From the NCBI GenBank assembly GCA_963711835.1, contig CAVQFQ010000012.1, positions 32,001-96,000 of the forward strand: 64,000 nt of DNA. Direction: 5' to 3'. Every line of letters starts with the position of its first letter. Within the stretch, counting starts at the first letter, position 1. The stretch comes from an uncultured delta proteobacterium. GTDB lineage: Bacteria > Desulfobacterota > RBG-13-43-22. The position numbers and the translations under genes were made by a program. Shown one piece after another: positions 17,188 to 26,700 of the stretch. Below the pieces are notes generated by a model that searched no databases, was not told where the DNA came from, and saw only the letters and a list, made by a program, of their open reading frames with translations.

Positions 17188-19311
17188 ATGGCCCTTAATC
17201 TGGATGCCCTTGGTAAAAAAATCGGCCCCTTTACAAAAACCTACTCCTGGAAAGACACGGTGCTCTACGCCCTCGGCGTCGGGGCCGGTTTCTCCGATCT
17301 TAACTACTGCTACGAGAAGGATCTCAAAGTCCTGCCGAGCTTCGGCATTGTCACCCTTTATGATTTCATGCCCCAGCTCGCCGCCGAAAGCAACGTCAAT
17401 CTGGCCGGGGTGCTGCACGGCGAGCAGGAGCTTATTTTTTATAACCCTATTCCGACGGAAGGGACCCTGACTACGGAAGGGGCCATCACCCACTACTACG
17501 ATAAGGGGCCGGGCAAAGGGGCCCTCATCGTGGCCGAATTCGACACCCATCACTCCAACGGGCAAAGACTTTTTACCAGTATTGTGACCGTCTTCGCCCG
17601 CTTGGACGGTGGCTTCAACGGACCGGAGGCCCCCAGAAGGGAAATCCCTTTCCCGAACCGCGCCCCGGATTTCGAAATCCCGGCCGCTCCTTCCGATGAC
17701 CAGCCGCTGATCTACCGGCTTTCCGGAGACATTTTCGCCCTTCATGTGGATACGGATTTTGCCAAGATGGCCGGGTTTGAAAAGCCCATTATGCACGGGT
17801 TGTGCACCCACGGGTATGCCGGCCGGGCCCTGATTGAAACCCTGGTCCCGGGAAAGCCGGAAAAGGTGCGTCGCCTGGTCTGCCGGTTCCGAAGCCCCCT
17901 CTACCCCGGGACCCCCTTCAAGACCCTGATCTGGAAAGAAGGAGACGGGAAAGCCCTCTGGCGGGTTGTCAACGCTTCAACCGGCGAAATAGTTATTGAT
18001 AACGGGATCTTTGAATACGGGGATATCCCAAAAGAAGAGATTCGTTTTGACGATCGGGTAGCCATTGTGACCGGGGCCGGGGCCGGCCTGGGCCGGGACT
18101 ATGCCCTGGAACTGGCCAGGCGGGGCGCCAGGGTGGTCGTCAATGACCTGGGCGGGGCCCGTGACGGCAGCGGCCAAGGCTCCAACCGGGCCGCCGACCT
18201 GGTGGTGGAGGAAATCAAGGCCCTGGGAGGACAGGCCGTGGCCAGTTATGATTCCGTGGCCACCCCCGAGGGCGGCCAGGCCATTGTCCAGAAGGCCGTC
18301 GAGGCCTTCGGCCGGGTAGACATCCTGATCAATAACGCCGGCATCCTCCGCGACAAAACCCTGGCCAAGATGGAGCCCGAATCCTGGAACACCGTCCTGG
18401 CCGTCCACCTGGACGGGGCCTATCACGTCAGCCGGCCGGCCTTCATCAAGATGCGGGAACAGGGCTACGGCCGGATCGTCATGACCACCTCGGCGGCCGG
18501 TCTTTTCGGTAACTTCGGCCAGACCAACTACTCGGCGGCTAAGATGGGCCTGGTGGGCCTGATGAACACCTTGAAGCTCGAGGGCGAGAAACACAACATC
18601 AAGGTCAATACCGTCGCCCCGGTGGCGGCTACCCGGCTCACTGAAGACGTCCTGCCGCCCGATCTCTTCCAAAAACTGAAACCGGAATTCGTTACCCCCC
18701 TGGTGCTCTACCTCTGCTCCGAGCAATGCCCGGTCACCGGCGGAATCTACAACGCCGGCGCCGGATTTTTCAACCGCGCCGCCCTCCTTACTGGCCCAGG
18801 CCTTTCGCTTAGTTCCGGCCAAACTATTCCCTCTCCGGAGGACGTTGCCGAACATTGGGCTGAGATCCTCTCCCTCAACGGAGCCCAGGAGTATGGTAAT
18901 GCCGCCATGGCTTTAGGGGCCATGATGGAAGGCCCCCCGGCCGAGGCCACAGGGTCGCGGGCGGCCCAAGCGGCCCAGCCGGCGGCGACCGCCACGACGG
19001 TCAAGGGGATTTTTGAGCGCATGCCTCAGGCCTTTCAGGCCGATAAAGCCGCCGGGGTGGAGGTGGTCTTCCAGTTTCGGATCTCCGGTCCGGACGGTGG
19101 GGATTGGCAGGTAGCCATTAAGGGAAATACCTGCCAGGTCTCCCCGGGCATCCAAAAGTCGCCCACCACCACCATCCAGATGGCTGATGGGGATTTCGTG
19201 GACTTGATTGGGGGCAGACTTAAGGCCATGCAGGCCTATACCACCGGAAAACTGAAAATCGAAGGGGACCTGATGAAGTCCCAGCTCATAGAGAAATTAT
19301 TCAAGTTTTAA
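17188..19311 (+). CDS. Multifunctional (R)-hydratase (MaoC double hot-dog) - SDR dehydrogenase - SCP2 protein (MFE-2-like)
   Basis: LYALGVG, LHGEQ, YRLSGDIFALH...PIMHGLCT hydratase-2 motifs; TGAGAGLG/NNAG/YSAAK SDR; C-terminal AMQAYTTGKLKIEGD SCP2. Confidence 0.9.
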   Translation: MALNLDALGKKIGPFTKTYSWKDTVLYALGVGAGFSDLNYCYEKDLKVLPSFGIVTLYDFMPQLAAESNVNLAGVLHGEQELIFYNPIPTEGTLTTEGAITHYYDKGPGKGALIVAEFDTHHSNGQRLFTSIVTVFARLDGGFNGPEAPRREIPFPNRAPDFEIPAAPSDDQPLIYRLSGDIFALHVDTDFAKMAGFEKPIMHGLCTHGYAGRALIETLVPGKPEKVRRLVCRFRSPLYPGTPFKTLIWKEGDGKALWRVVNASTGEIVIDNGIFEYGDIPKEEIRFDDRVAIVTGAGAGLGRDYALELARRGARVVVNDLGGARDGSGQGSNRAADLVVEEIKALGGQAVASYDSVATPEGGQAIVQKAVEAFGRVDILINNAGILRDKTLAKMEPESWNTVLAVHLDGAYHVSRPAFIKMREQGYGRIVMTTSAAGLFGNFGQTNYSAAKMGLVGLMNTLKLEGEKHNIKVNTVAPVAATRLTEDVLPPDLFQKLKPEFVTPLVLYLCSEQCPVTGGIYNAGAGFFNRAALLTGPGLSLSSGQTIPSPEDVAEHWAEILSLNGAQEYGNAAMALGAMMEGPPAEATGSRAAQAAQPAATATTVKGIFERMPQAFQADKAAGVEVVFQFRISGPDGGDWQVAIKGNTCQVSPGIQKSPTTTIQMADGDFVDLIGGRLKAMQAYTTGKLKIEGDLMKSQLIEKLFKF
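18043..18723 (+). repeat. 681-bp direct repeat copy 1 (SDR module)
   Basis: Colinear with 20916-21596 at constant offset 2873; six differences found by eye, all synonymous. Confidence 0.95.
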
Positions 19312-19415
19312 CCCGATAGCTCGCGAGGGCGAAAGGGCGTGAGAGCGATGGAGGATCTAAAGTTCCCCTTCCGCCTTGCACCCCACGCCTTACGCCAGTG
19401 GATAAGGAGGTACGT

Positions 19416-22184
19416 ATGGTAGGTATCACATCATTTGGTGGCTACATCCCCCGGCTGCGACTCAACCGTATGAGCGCTTTTCAACACATGGGTTGGCTTG
19501 CACCGGCCATTATTATGGTGGCTCAGGGGGAGCGGGCCTTTTGCAACTGGGACGAGGACAGCTTGACCATGGCTGTGGCGGCCTCCCAGGACTGTCTGAG
19601 GGGATTGGATAAGAAGCAGACCGACGGACTTTTCCTGGCCTCCACCACCCTGCCCTTTGCCGACCGATCGAATGCCGGGGTTGTTCAGACCGCACTCAAT
19701 CTCAAGGACGATTTTGAGGTCCACGATTTCACCTCCTCCCCCCGGGCCGGCACCGGCGCCCTGCTGGCGGCCCTGTCCACCGTGCAAGCCGGGGACCGCA
19801 AACAGGTCCTGGTCACGGCTACAGACAAGCGTGAGTCTAAATCCGCCTATTTTTATGAATTGTGGTTTGGAGACGGCGCCGCGTCGCTGCTGGTGGGTGA
19901 TTCCGATGTCATCGCGGAGTACAAAGGGTCCTATTCCCTTTCTTATGACTTTGTAGACCACTATCGCGGGGCCCGCAATCAATTCGACTATATGTGGGAA
20001 GAACGATGGGTGCGGGATGAAGGCTATGCGAAGATCATTCCCGAGGCGGTTACCGGTCTCTTTAACAAACTTTCGATCTCCATGGATGATGTGGACAAGC
20101 TGGTTTTTCCCTGCTTCTTCAAGGCCGAGCACAGAAACATCGCCAAAAAATTAGGGGCTACGGCTGAAAAGGTCCAGGACAACCTGCACGAGGTCTGCGG
20201 AGAAACAGGGGCGGCCCATGCCCTGGTCATGTTTATCGCCGCCCTGGAACAGGCCAAACCCGGGGATCGCATCCTTCTGGCCGGATTTGGCCAAGGCTGT
20301 GATGCCCTGTACTTTCAGGTAACGGAAAATATCCTCAAACTGCCGCCCCGAACCGGTGTTAAGGGCTCTCTGGCCAACAAGAATATCACCGATAATTATC
20401 CAAAATTTTTAAAATTCAGGGAATTGATCCAGACCGAAATGGGTATCCGGGCCGAGGCCCCCACTCAAACCGCCATGACGGTCTTGTGGCGGAAGCGTAA
20501 AATGATCCTGGGCATGGTGGGGGGACGCTGCCGGGAATGCGGCACCCCTCAGTTCCCCAAAATGGATATTTGCGTTAATCCGGCCTGCCATAAACGCTAC
20601 ACCCAGGAGGATTATGAATTTGCCGAGCAACCGGCTTTTATCAAAACCTTCACCGGAGACCTGCTGACGGTCTCGGTCGATCCTCCGGCCGTCTATGGCA
20701 TGGTCCAATTTGAAAGCGGCGGCCGCTATATGGCTGACTTCACCGATTGTGAACTATCCGATGTCCGGGTCGGGCAGCCGGTTAAACTGGCTTTCAGAAG
20801 GCGCTACACCGACAAGGAGCGAGGATTCAGCGGTTACTTCTGGAAAGCGGTTCCCCTGCCTGTCCCTAAGGAGGAAAAAGCCAAGGAAGCCATCAAGGAA
20901 AAGGCCGCCCCGATACGTTTTGACGATCGGGTAGCGATTGTGACCGGGGCCGGAGCCGGCCTGGGCCGGGACTATGCCCTGGAACTGGCCAGGCGGGGCG
21001 CCAGGGTGGTCGTCAATGACCTGGGCGGGGCCCGCGACGGCAGCGGCCAAGGCTCCAACCGGGCCGCCGACCTGGTGGTGGAGGAAATCAAGGCCCTGGG
21101 AGGACAGGCCGTGGCCAGTTATGATTCCGTGGCCACCCCCGAGGGCGGCCAGGCCATTGTCCAGAAGGCCGTCGAGGCCTTCGGCCGGGTAGACATCCTG
21201 ATCAATAACGCCGGCATCCTCCGCGACAAGACCCTGGCCAAGATGGAGCCCGAATCCTGGAACACCGTCCTGGCCGTCCACCTGGACGGGGCCTATCACG
21301 TCAGCCGGCCGGCCTTCATCAAGATGCGGGAACAGGGCTACGGCCGGATCGTCATGACCACCTCGGCCGCCGGTCTTTTCGGTAACTTCGGCCAGACCAA
21401 CTACTCGGCGGCTAAGATGGGCCTGGTGGGCCTGATGAACACCTTGAAGCTCGAGGGCGAGAAACACAACATCAAGGTCAATACCGTCGCCCCGGTGGCG
21501 GCTACCCGGCTCACTGAAGACGTCCTGCCGCCCGATCTCTTCCAAAAACTGAAACCGGAATTCGTTACTCCCCTGGTGCTCTACCTCTGCTCCGAGGACT
21601 GCCGGGACACCGGCCTGATCATCAATGCCGGGGTGGGTTTTTTCAACCGGACGATTATCGTCAGCGGTCCCGGTACCCTTATCGGCGAGGGAAAAACCGT
21701 ACCTACCGTCGAGGCGATCCACCAAAACTGGAAGTCCCTCCAAACCCTGGAAGGGGCCCAGGAATATGGCAATGCCACCATCGCCCTGGGATCTATGATG
21801 GCCGGACCTCCGGCCAGGGCCCCCGAGCCTCAAACAGCTCAACCAGTCCAAACCGCCCCGGCCGCAACCTCGGTCCAGGGGGTTTTTGATCGTATGACCT
21901 CCGCCTTCCAGTCCGATAAGGCCGGCGGGGTGGACATGGTATTTCAGTATCGCATTTCCGGTCCGGGCGGAGGGGACTGGCAGGTCGTCATCAGGGACAA
22001 TGCCTGTCAGGTCTCCCCGGGTGTCCATCAGGCCCCCACCACCACCATCAAGATGGCCGACCAGGATTTTATTGCCCTTATTGAGGGCAGCCTGAAGGCC
22101 ATGCAGGCCTATACTACCGGCAAACTAAAGATCGAAGGCGATTTGATGAAGTCCCAATTGATTGAAAAATTATTCAAGTTTTAG
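19416..22184 (+). CDS. HMG-CoA synthase/PhlA-like - DUF35 (Zn-ribbon/OB) - SDR - SCP2 fusion
   Basis: GGYIPRLRL, DEDSLTMAV, GDGAA, GETGAAH (HMGS/KAS-III fold, no catalytic Cys); CRECG...CVNPAC and VRVGQPVKLAFRR (DUF35); SDR; SCP2; AAGGAGG RBS before 19416. Confidence 0.85.
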   Translation: MVGITSFGGYIPRLRLNRMSAFQHMGWLAPAIIMVAQGERAFCNWDEDSLTMAVAASQDCLRGLDKKQTDGLFLASTTLPFADRSNAGVVQTALNLKDDFEVHDFTSSPRAGTGALLAALSTVQAGDRKQVLVTATDKRESKSAYFYELWFGDGAASLLVGDSDVIAEYKGSYSLSYDFVDHYRGARNQFDYMWEERWVRDEGYAKIIPEAVTGLFNKLSISMDDVDKLVFPCFFKAEHRNIAKKLGATAEKVQDNLHEVCGETGAAHALVMFIAALEQAKPGDRILLAGFGQGCDALYFQVTENILKLPPRTGVKGSLANKNITDNYPKFLKFRELIQTEMGIRAEAPTQTAMTVLWRKRKMILGMVGGRCRECGTPQFPKMDICVNPACHKRYTQEDYEFAEQPAFIKTFTGDLLTVSVDPPAVYGMVQFESGGRYMADFTDCELSDVRVGQPVKLAFRRRYTDKERGFSGYFWKAVPLPVPKEEKAKEAIKEKAAPIRFDDRVAIVTGAGAGLGRDYALELARRGARVVVNDLGGARDGSGQGSNRAADLVVEEIKALGGQAVASYDSVATPEGGQAIVQKAVEAFGRVDILINNAGILRDKTLAKMEPESWNTVLAVHLDGAYHVSRPAFIKMREQGYGRIVMTTSAAGLFGNFGQTNYSAAKMGLVGLMNTLKLEGEKHNIKVNTVAPVAATRLTEDVLPPDLFQKLKPEFVTPLVLYLCSEDCRDTGLIINAGVGFFNRTIIVSGPGTLIGEGKTVPTVEAIHQNWKSLQTLEGAQEYGNATIALGSMMAGPPARAPEPQTAQPVQTAPAATSVQGVFDRMTSAFQSDKAGGVDMVFQYRISGPGGGDWQVVIRDNACQVSPGVHQAPTTTIKMADQDFIALIEGSLKAMQAYTTGKLKIEGDLMKSQLIEKLFKF
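20916..21596 (+). repeat. 681-bp direct repeat copy 2 (SDR module)
   Basis: See copy 1. Confidence 0.95.
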
Positions 22185-22227
22185 CTGCTGATAGCTGTCA
22201 GCTATCAGCTTTTATTAAGGAGGTTTT

Positions 22228-23439
22228 ATGGCTTCAGGAATAAAGGACAAAGTAGCTATCCTGGGCATGGGCTGCACCCGATTTGGGGAAAGATGGGACG
22301 TGGGCGCCGAGGAACTCATGGTTGAGGCCTTCAGCGAATGCCTTACCGACGCCGGGATCGAACCCGATGAAATTCAAGCCGCCTGGCTGGGGACCTGTAT
22401 CGACGAAGTCAATGTCGGCAAGAGCGCCCTGCCCCTCTCGGTGACCCTGCGCCTGCCCTTCATCCCGGTAACCCGGACTGAAAACTTCTGTGCCAGCGGC
22501 ACCGAATCCTTTCGGGGCGCCGTCTATGCGGTCGCCTCCGGGGCCTATGATATCTGCCTGGCTATGGGAGTAGAAAAATTGAAAGACACCGGCTACGGCG
22601 GTCTTCCTAATCCGGGCTCCAACTTCGGACCGTTAAACTGGCTCTGGTGGCCCAACATATCGGCCCCCGGCGCCTTTGCCCAACTGGCCAGCGCCTATGC
22701 CGCCAAGTATCACATCCCGAACCAGGATTTGAAAAGGGCCTTGGCCCATGTCTCCGTGAAAAGTCACGCCAACGGCGTACTCAACCCCAAAGCCCATCTG
22801 AGAAAACAGGTCACGGAGGATCAGGTCATGGCCGCCCCGATCATTGCTCACCCCCTGGGTTTGTTCGATTGCTGCGGCGTCAGTGACGGCGCCGCCTGCG
22901 CTATTGTCACCACCGTGGAAAAGGCCAAGGAAATGGGCCGGAAGGATTTCATCACCGTCAAAGCCCTCCAACTGGCCCTGAGCAACGGCGAGGAAATGGG
23001 CTACAACAACTGGGACGGCGATCACTTTATGACCACGGATAAGTGCAGCCTGAGGGCCTACCGGGAAGCCGGGATTAAGGATCCCCGCAAAGAAATCAGC
23101 ATGATGGAACTCCACGATTGTTTTTCCATCACCGAGATGGTCACCTATGAGGACCTGCACATTTCGGAACGGGGCCGGGCCGTCAAGGATGTCATGGATG
23201 GTTTCTACGACCTGAGAGGCGGCGGGGTGCCCGCCCAGGTCGATGGCGGCTTGAAATGCTTCGGGCATCCCATCGGGGCCTCAGGGCTGCGCATGCTTTA
23301 CGAGATGTATCTACAGTTCCATGGCCGGGCCGCTGAGCGGCAGATTCCCAACCCGCGTTTTGGATTAACCCACAACCTGGGGGGCGTGCCCCACATGAAT
23401 GTCTGCAGCATTGCCATCGTGGGCAAATACGAAAATTAA
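22228..23439 (+). CDS. SCP2-type thiolase / acetyl-CoA acyltransferase
   Basis: ENFCASG catalytic Cys, HDCF and GHPIGASG fingerprints. Confidence 0.92.
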   Translation: MASGIKDKVAILGMGCTRFGERWDVGAEELMVEAFSECLTDAGIEPDEIQAAWLGTCIDEVNVGKSALPLSVTLRLPFIPVTRTENFCASGTESFRGAVYAVASGAYDICLAMGVEKLKDTGYGGLPNPGSNFGPLNWLWWPNISAPGAFAQLASAYAAKYHIPNQDLKRALAHVSVKSHANGVLNPKAHLRKQVTEDQVMAAPIIAHPLGLFDCCGVSDGAACAIVTTVEKAKEMGRKDFITVKALQLALSNGEEMGYNNWDGDHFMTTDKCSLRAYREAGIKDPRKEISMMELHDCFSITEMVTYEDLHISERGRAVKDVMDGFYDLRGGGVPAQVDGGLKCFGHPIGASGLRMLYEMYLQFHGRAAERQIPNPRFGLTHNLGGVPHMNVCSIAIVGKYEN

Positions 23440-23494
23440 TTATGTTGAGACAGTTAGAGGTTGGAGGAACCTCAAGCCTCAAGCCATGGAGAAG

Positions 23495-23836
23495 ATGTTA
23501 AACATCAAATGCATTATGAACTCCTCGGTCGAGGATATCCTGGCCTTTAAGACCTGCTGCGGTCTTAAGATGTTTGATCAGAATCTGGAAATTCACCTTA
23601 CCAATCAGGGGACCCGGCCGGTTCGGGTGCCCAGTTATTTCGATCTGGAAACAGCCGGGGAAACGAAACGGATTGAAACCCTTACCCCTTCCGGAGAACA
23701 GACCATCCCACCGGGAGACATTATGGCCTTTTACTGCACCATGGATGAGGGGCTCTGGAACAAGGCCCAAAAGCTCACTTTTTACGACACGGATGGCAAC
23801 CCTTACCCGGTCCCGATCTCAGAACCTATTACTTAG
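23495..23836 (+). CDS. Hypothetical small protein
   Basis: GGAG RBS; plausible beta-rich sequence with a TCCG motif. Confidence 0.6.
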   Translation: MLNIKCIMNSSVEDILAFKTCCGLKMFDQNLEIHLTNQGTRPVRVPSYFDLETAGETKRIETLTPSGEQTIPPGDIMAFYCTMDEGLWNKAQKLTFYDTDGNPYPVPISEPIT

Positions 23837-24063
23837 CGTGCTAATTCTAAATATACATTAATTTATGCAGGTGTCTCATCAACTCGCACCGGTGACTGCT
23901 GGTTTTGCCCGGAGAATAGCCTGCCCCGTAGGTATTAATACAGGGTCCTCCGGGCAAAGATAATAGTCCGCCGGCGCCTGCCCCGCGAACGCAACTGAAG
24001 CGGGGTCCGTGTATGTCTGTGGCTAAAAAATTTTCCCATGTTTTCAACTAAGGAGATTCTGAT

Positions 24064-25207
24064 ATGGAGATATTAAATTATACAGAAGAACACCGCATTT
24101 TCCGCGATACGTTAAGAAAATTTTTAGAAAAAGAAGTGTACTCCCTTTGTGGACGAATGGGAAAAGGCCGGGATCGTACCCAAAAGCATCTGGAAAAAAA
24201 TGGGGGAGCAGGGTTTTCTCTGCCCTACGATCCCGGAGGAATACGGGGGAGTGGGAGCCGATTTTCTTTATTCGGTCATTGTCTGCGAGGAGCTGACCCG
24301 AACCAACCATACCGGTCTGGCGGCCCCGCTGCACAGCGATGTGGTCGTGCCCTATATCAGCGAATTCGGCTCGGAAGAGCAGAAGCAGAAATTCCTTCCC
24401 GGGTGCGTCTCCGGGGATATCATTACCGCCATTGCCATGACCGAGCCCAATACCGGCAGTGATCTGGCAGCCATCCGGACCACTGCCCTGGAAGTTGGAG
24501 ACCAGGTCGTTATCAACGGCCAAAAAACCTTTATCAGTAACGGCATTAACTGCGACCTGTTGATCCTGGCCGCCAGGGATACCCGGGAGGGAAACCCCTA
24601 CCAGGGCATTGACCTGTATCTGGTGGAGGCCGACAGGCCGGGATTCGAAAAGGGTAAAAAAATCCCCAAGATCGGCTGGCACAGCCAGGACACGGCCGAA
24701 CTCTATTTTACCGATTGTCGCATCCCCATAACCAATCGTCTGGGTCTGAAGGGGTCCGGTTTTCTGATGCTCATGAAGAAGCTGCAACAGGAACGATTGG
24801 TCTGTGCCATCGGGGCCGTTTCCGCAGCCGAGTATATCCTGCAATTAACCATTCCTTATACTAAGGAACGGATGGCCTTCGGCAAGCCTATCTCGAAATT
24901 CCAGGCCAACCAGTTCAAGATTGTGGAGATGGCCACCGAGGTGAAATTGGGCCGGACCTTTCTGGACAAGCTGATCGCCGATCACATGGAAGGGAAAGAC
25001 ATCGTCACCGAGGTCGCCATGGCCAAGTACTGGACCACGGACCTGGCCCACCGGGTGGCCGACCAATGCCTCCAGCTTCACGGCGGCTACGGCTACTGCG
25101 AGGAATATCCCATCGCCCGGGCCTGGCGGGATACCCGGGTCATGTCCATCTTCGCCGGGACCAACGAGATCATGAAAACCATCGTGGCCAAGATGATGGG
25201 GCTATAA
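24064..25207 (+). CDS. Acyl-CoA dehydrogenase (one frameshift near 24140)
   Basis: ORFs 24064 and 24149 join; AMTEPNTGSD, NGQKTFISNG, QLHGGYGY, IFAGTNEI motifs. Confidence 0.92.
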
Positions 25208-25290
25208 AACCCCTCTTGCTACTAGATAAGTAACCTGATAGGATTTTCATGAATCCGCCCCCTCCCTTCTCGGAGGCTGTGTCATAATTC

Positions 25291-25336
25291 GTCATCCCGG
25301 CCAAGTCCGCTTAGCGGACGCGAGCCGGGATCCAGA
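25291..25336 (+). repeat. REP-like palindrome (GTCATCCCGGC...GCCGGGATCCAG), left arm
   Basis: Hairpin; an inverted counterpart lies at 26549-26576. Confidence 0.6.
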
Positions 25337-25354
25337 AACCTGATGCTATAAATG

Positions 25355-25556
25355 ATGGAACCTCTTTTCCGATTACAACGTCATGTCGCCAAGATGGCCA
25401 TCCAGGATCAACCTTCGGACTTCCTTTACTGGCAGAGTCAACCTCCTCAACTACGCCTGGCCGCTTTGGAGCATATCCGTTGCGAATACCACCAATGGAG
25501 ATACGGTGCTGAACCGCGACTTCAGAGAGTTTATCGAATTCTTAAACAGGAACGAA
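25355..25556 (+). pseudogene. Small antitoxin-like ORF plus N-terminal stub of a nucleotidyltransferase-like partner
   Basis: DFLYWQSQPPQLRLAALEHIR...LQRVYRILK overlaps GTG-LNRDFREFIEFLN, a start resembling minimal nucleotidyltransferases (recalled); truncated. Confidence 0.45.
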
Positions 25557-25913
25557 ATGACCATCGAGAAGAATATTGCCGATTTCTTTACCTATTTCAA
25601 CAGCCGTGATCTTGAAAAATTAGGGGGCCTGCTCAAGCCGGAGGCCCGCTTCTTCTTTCCCAAGACCCAGCCCCTGCTGGGGATGGAACGCATCCTGAAA
25701 TTTCTTCACATCCTCTTCCGCCAGTACCCGGAACTGGTGTTTACTGTCCGGCGCACCATCGTCCAGGAAAACCGGGCCGCCATCCACTGGACCAACCAGG
25801 GCAAAAACCGCCGGGGCGAGCCCTACGAAAACGAGGGCGTTACCCTCCTGGAATTCGAGGACGGCCAAATCACCTTTATCAGCGACTTCTTCAAGGACAC
25901 CGGAAAGTTCTAA
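25557..25913 (+). CDS. SnoaL/NTF2-like protein
   Basis: FFTYFNSRDLEKL...AAIHWTNQG...YENEGVTLLEFEDGQI pattern. Confidence 0.85.
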   Translation: MTIEKNIADFFTYFNSRDLEKLGGLLKPEARFFFPKTQPLLGMERILKFLHILFRQYPELVFTVRRTIVQENRAAIHWTNQGKNRRGEPYENEGVTLLEFEDGQITFISDFFKDTGKF

Positions 25914-25960
25914 CCGCGCCGATCACCTACCGTAGGCAGGCTGTCGCCTGCATGAGCTTG

Positions 25961-26450
25961 TTAAACTGAAGCTTGGTCTTCGTAAAAGAATCCTCGGGGT
26001 GCCGGGTGACCGGCGTCACGAAAGGCAATGCCTTCCATCTCCAGTAGCCTTCGCTTCATTTTCAAACCGCCCTGATAGCCGCCCAAGCTCCCGTCGGAAC
26101 GGATCGCCCGATGGCAGGGGATAACAACCGGAAAAGGATTGGTCGCCAGGGCCGTCCCCACGGCGCGGGCGCCGTTCGGATTTCCCAAGTAGTTGGCAAT
26201 GAGTTTGTAGGTGCTGACGTTGCCGCGGGGAATACCGTACTCGGCAAGAAGGACCTTCCGTTGAAAGGCGGAGCACAGGTCGAGTCGGACCCCATCGAGA
26301 GAAAACCGAATAGCCTCGCCGTTCAGGAAAGCCTCAATCCGATCGAGAAGGATCTTGATCTCCGGGCAGGAAGAGGCGGCGGAATGGCAGGCAACGTCTT
26401 ACGGCACGCGGTCGAGAGGCTCTGGAGCCAGAGGCGAAAGACCCCTCTTC
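25961..26450 (-). pseudogene. Methylated-DNA-protein-cysteine methyltransferase (Ogt-like), frameshifted and 5'-degraded
   Basis: IPRGNVSTY...ARAVGTALATNPFPVVIPCHRAIRSDGSLGGY across a frameshift. Confidence 0.8.
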
Positions 26451-26548
26451 GGTCATTCCGACCGATTTTGCCTTGCTTAAAGGGTTTGATAAAAACCCCT
26501 TCTCATGCAAGTCGGTTCAACGTATCCCAGTCAAACCCTGTCAAGGCC

Positions 26549-26576
26549 CTGGATGCCGGATTAAGTCCAGCATGAC
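26549..26576 (+). repeat. REP-like palindrome (CTGGATGCCGGATTAAGTCCAGCATGAC), right arm
   Basis: Inverted relative of the 25291 element. Confidence 0.55.
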
Positions 26577-26700
26577 AACTTAATAGCTCCGATCAGTTAA
26601 TTGATCGAGAGCCAGGGAGTAATTCGAAGATCTTTTCCCTAATGCCTAATCCCGGAAAAGTCAAACTTTGGGAGTGCGGTCAAACGGTTTATAAAGGAAA

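Noticed and set aside
18043-21596. TR/VR pair or collapsed-assembly artefact for the SDR duplication
   Set aside because: Differences are synonymous third-position changes of mixed type, and both copies are in frame within distinct flanks
20754-22028. 424-aa minus-strand ORF (and 17977-18855)
   Set aside because: Antisense shadows of GC-rich SDR coding sequence
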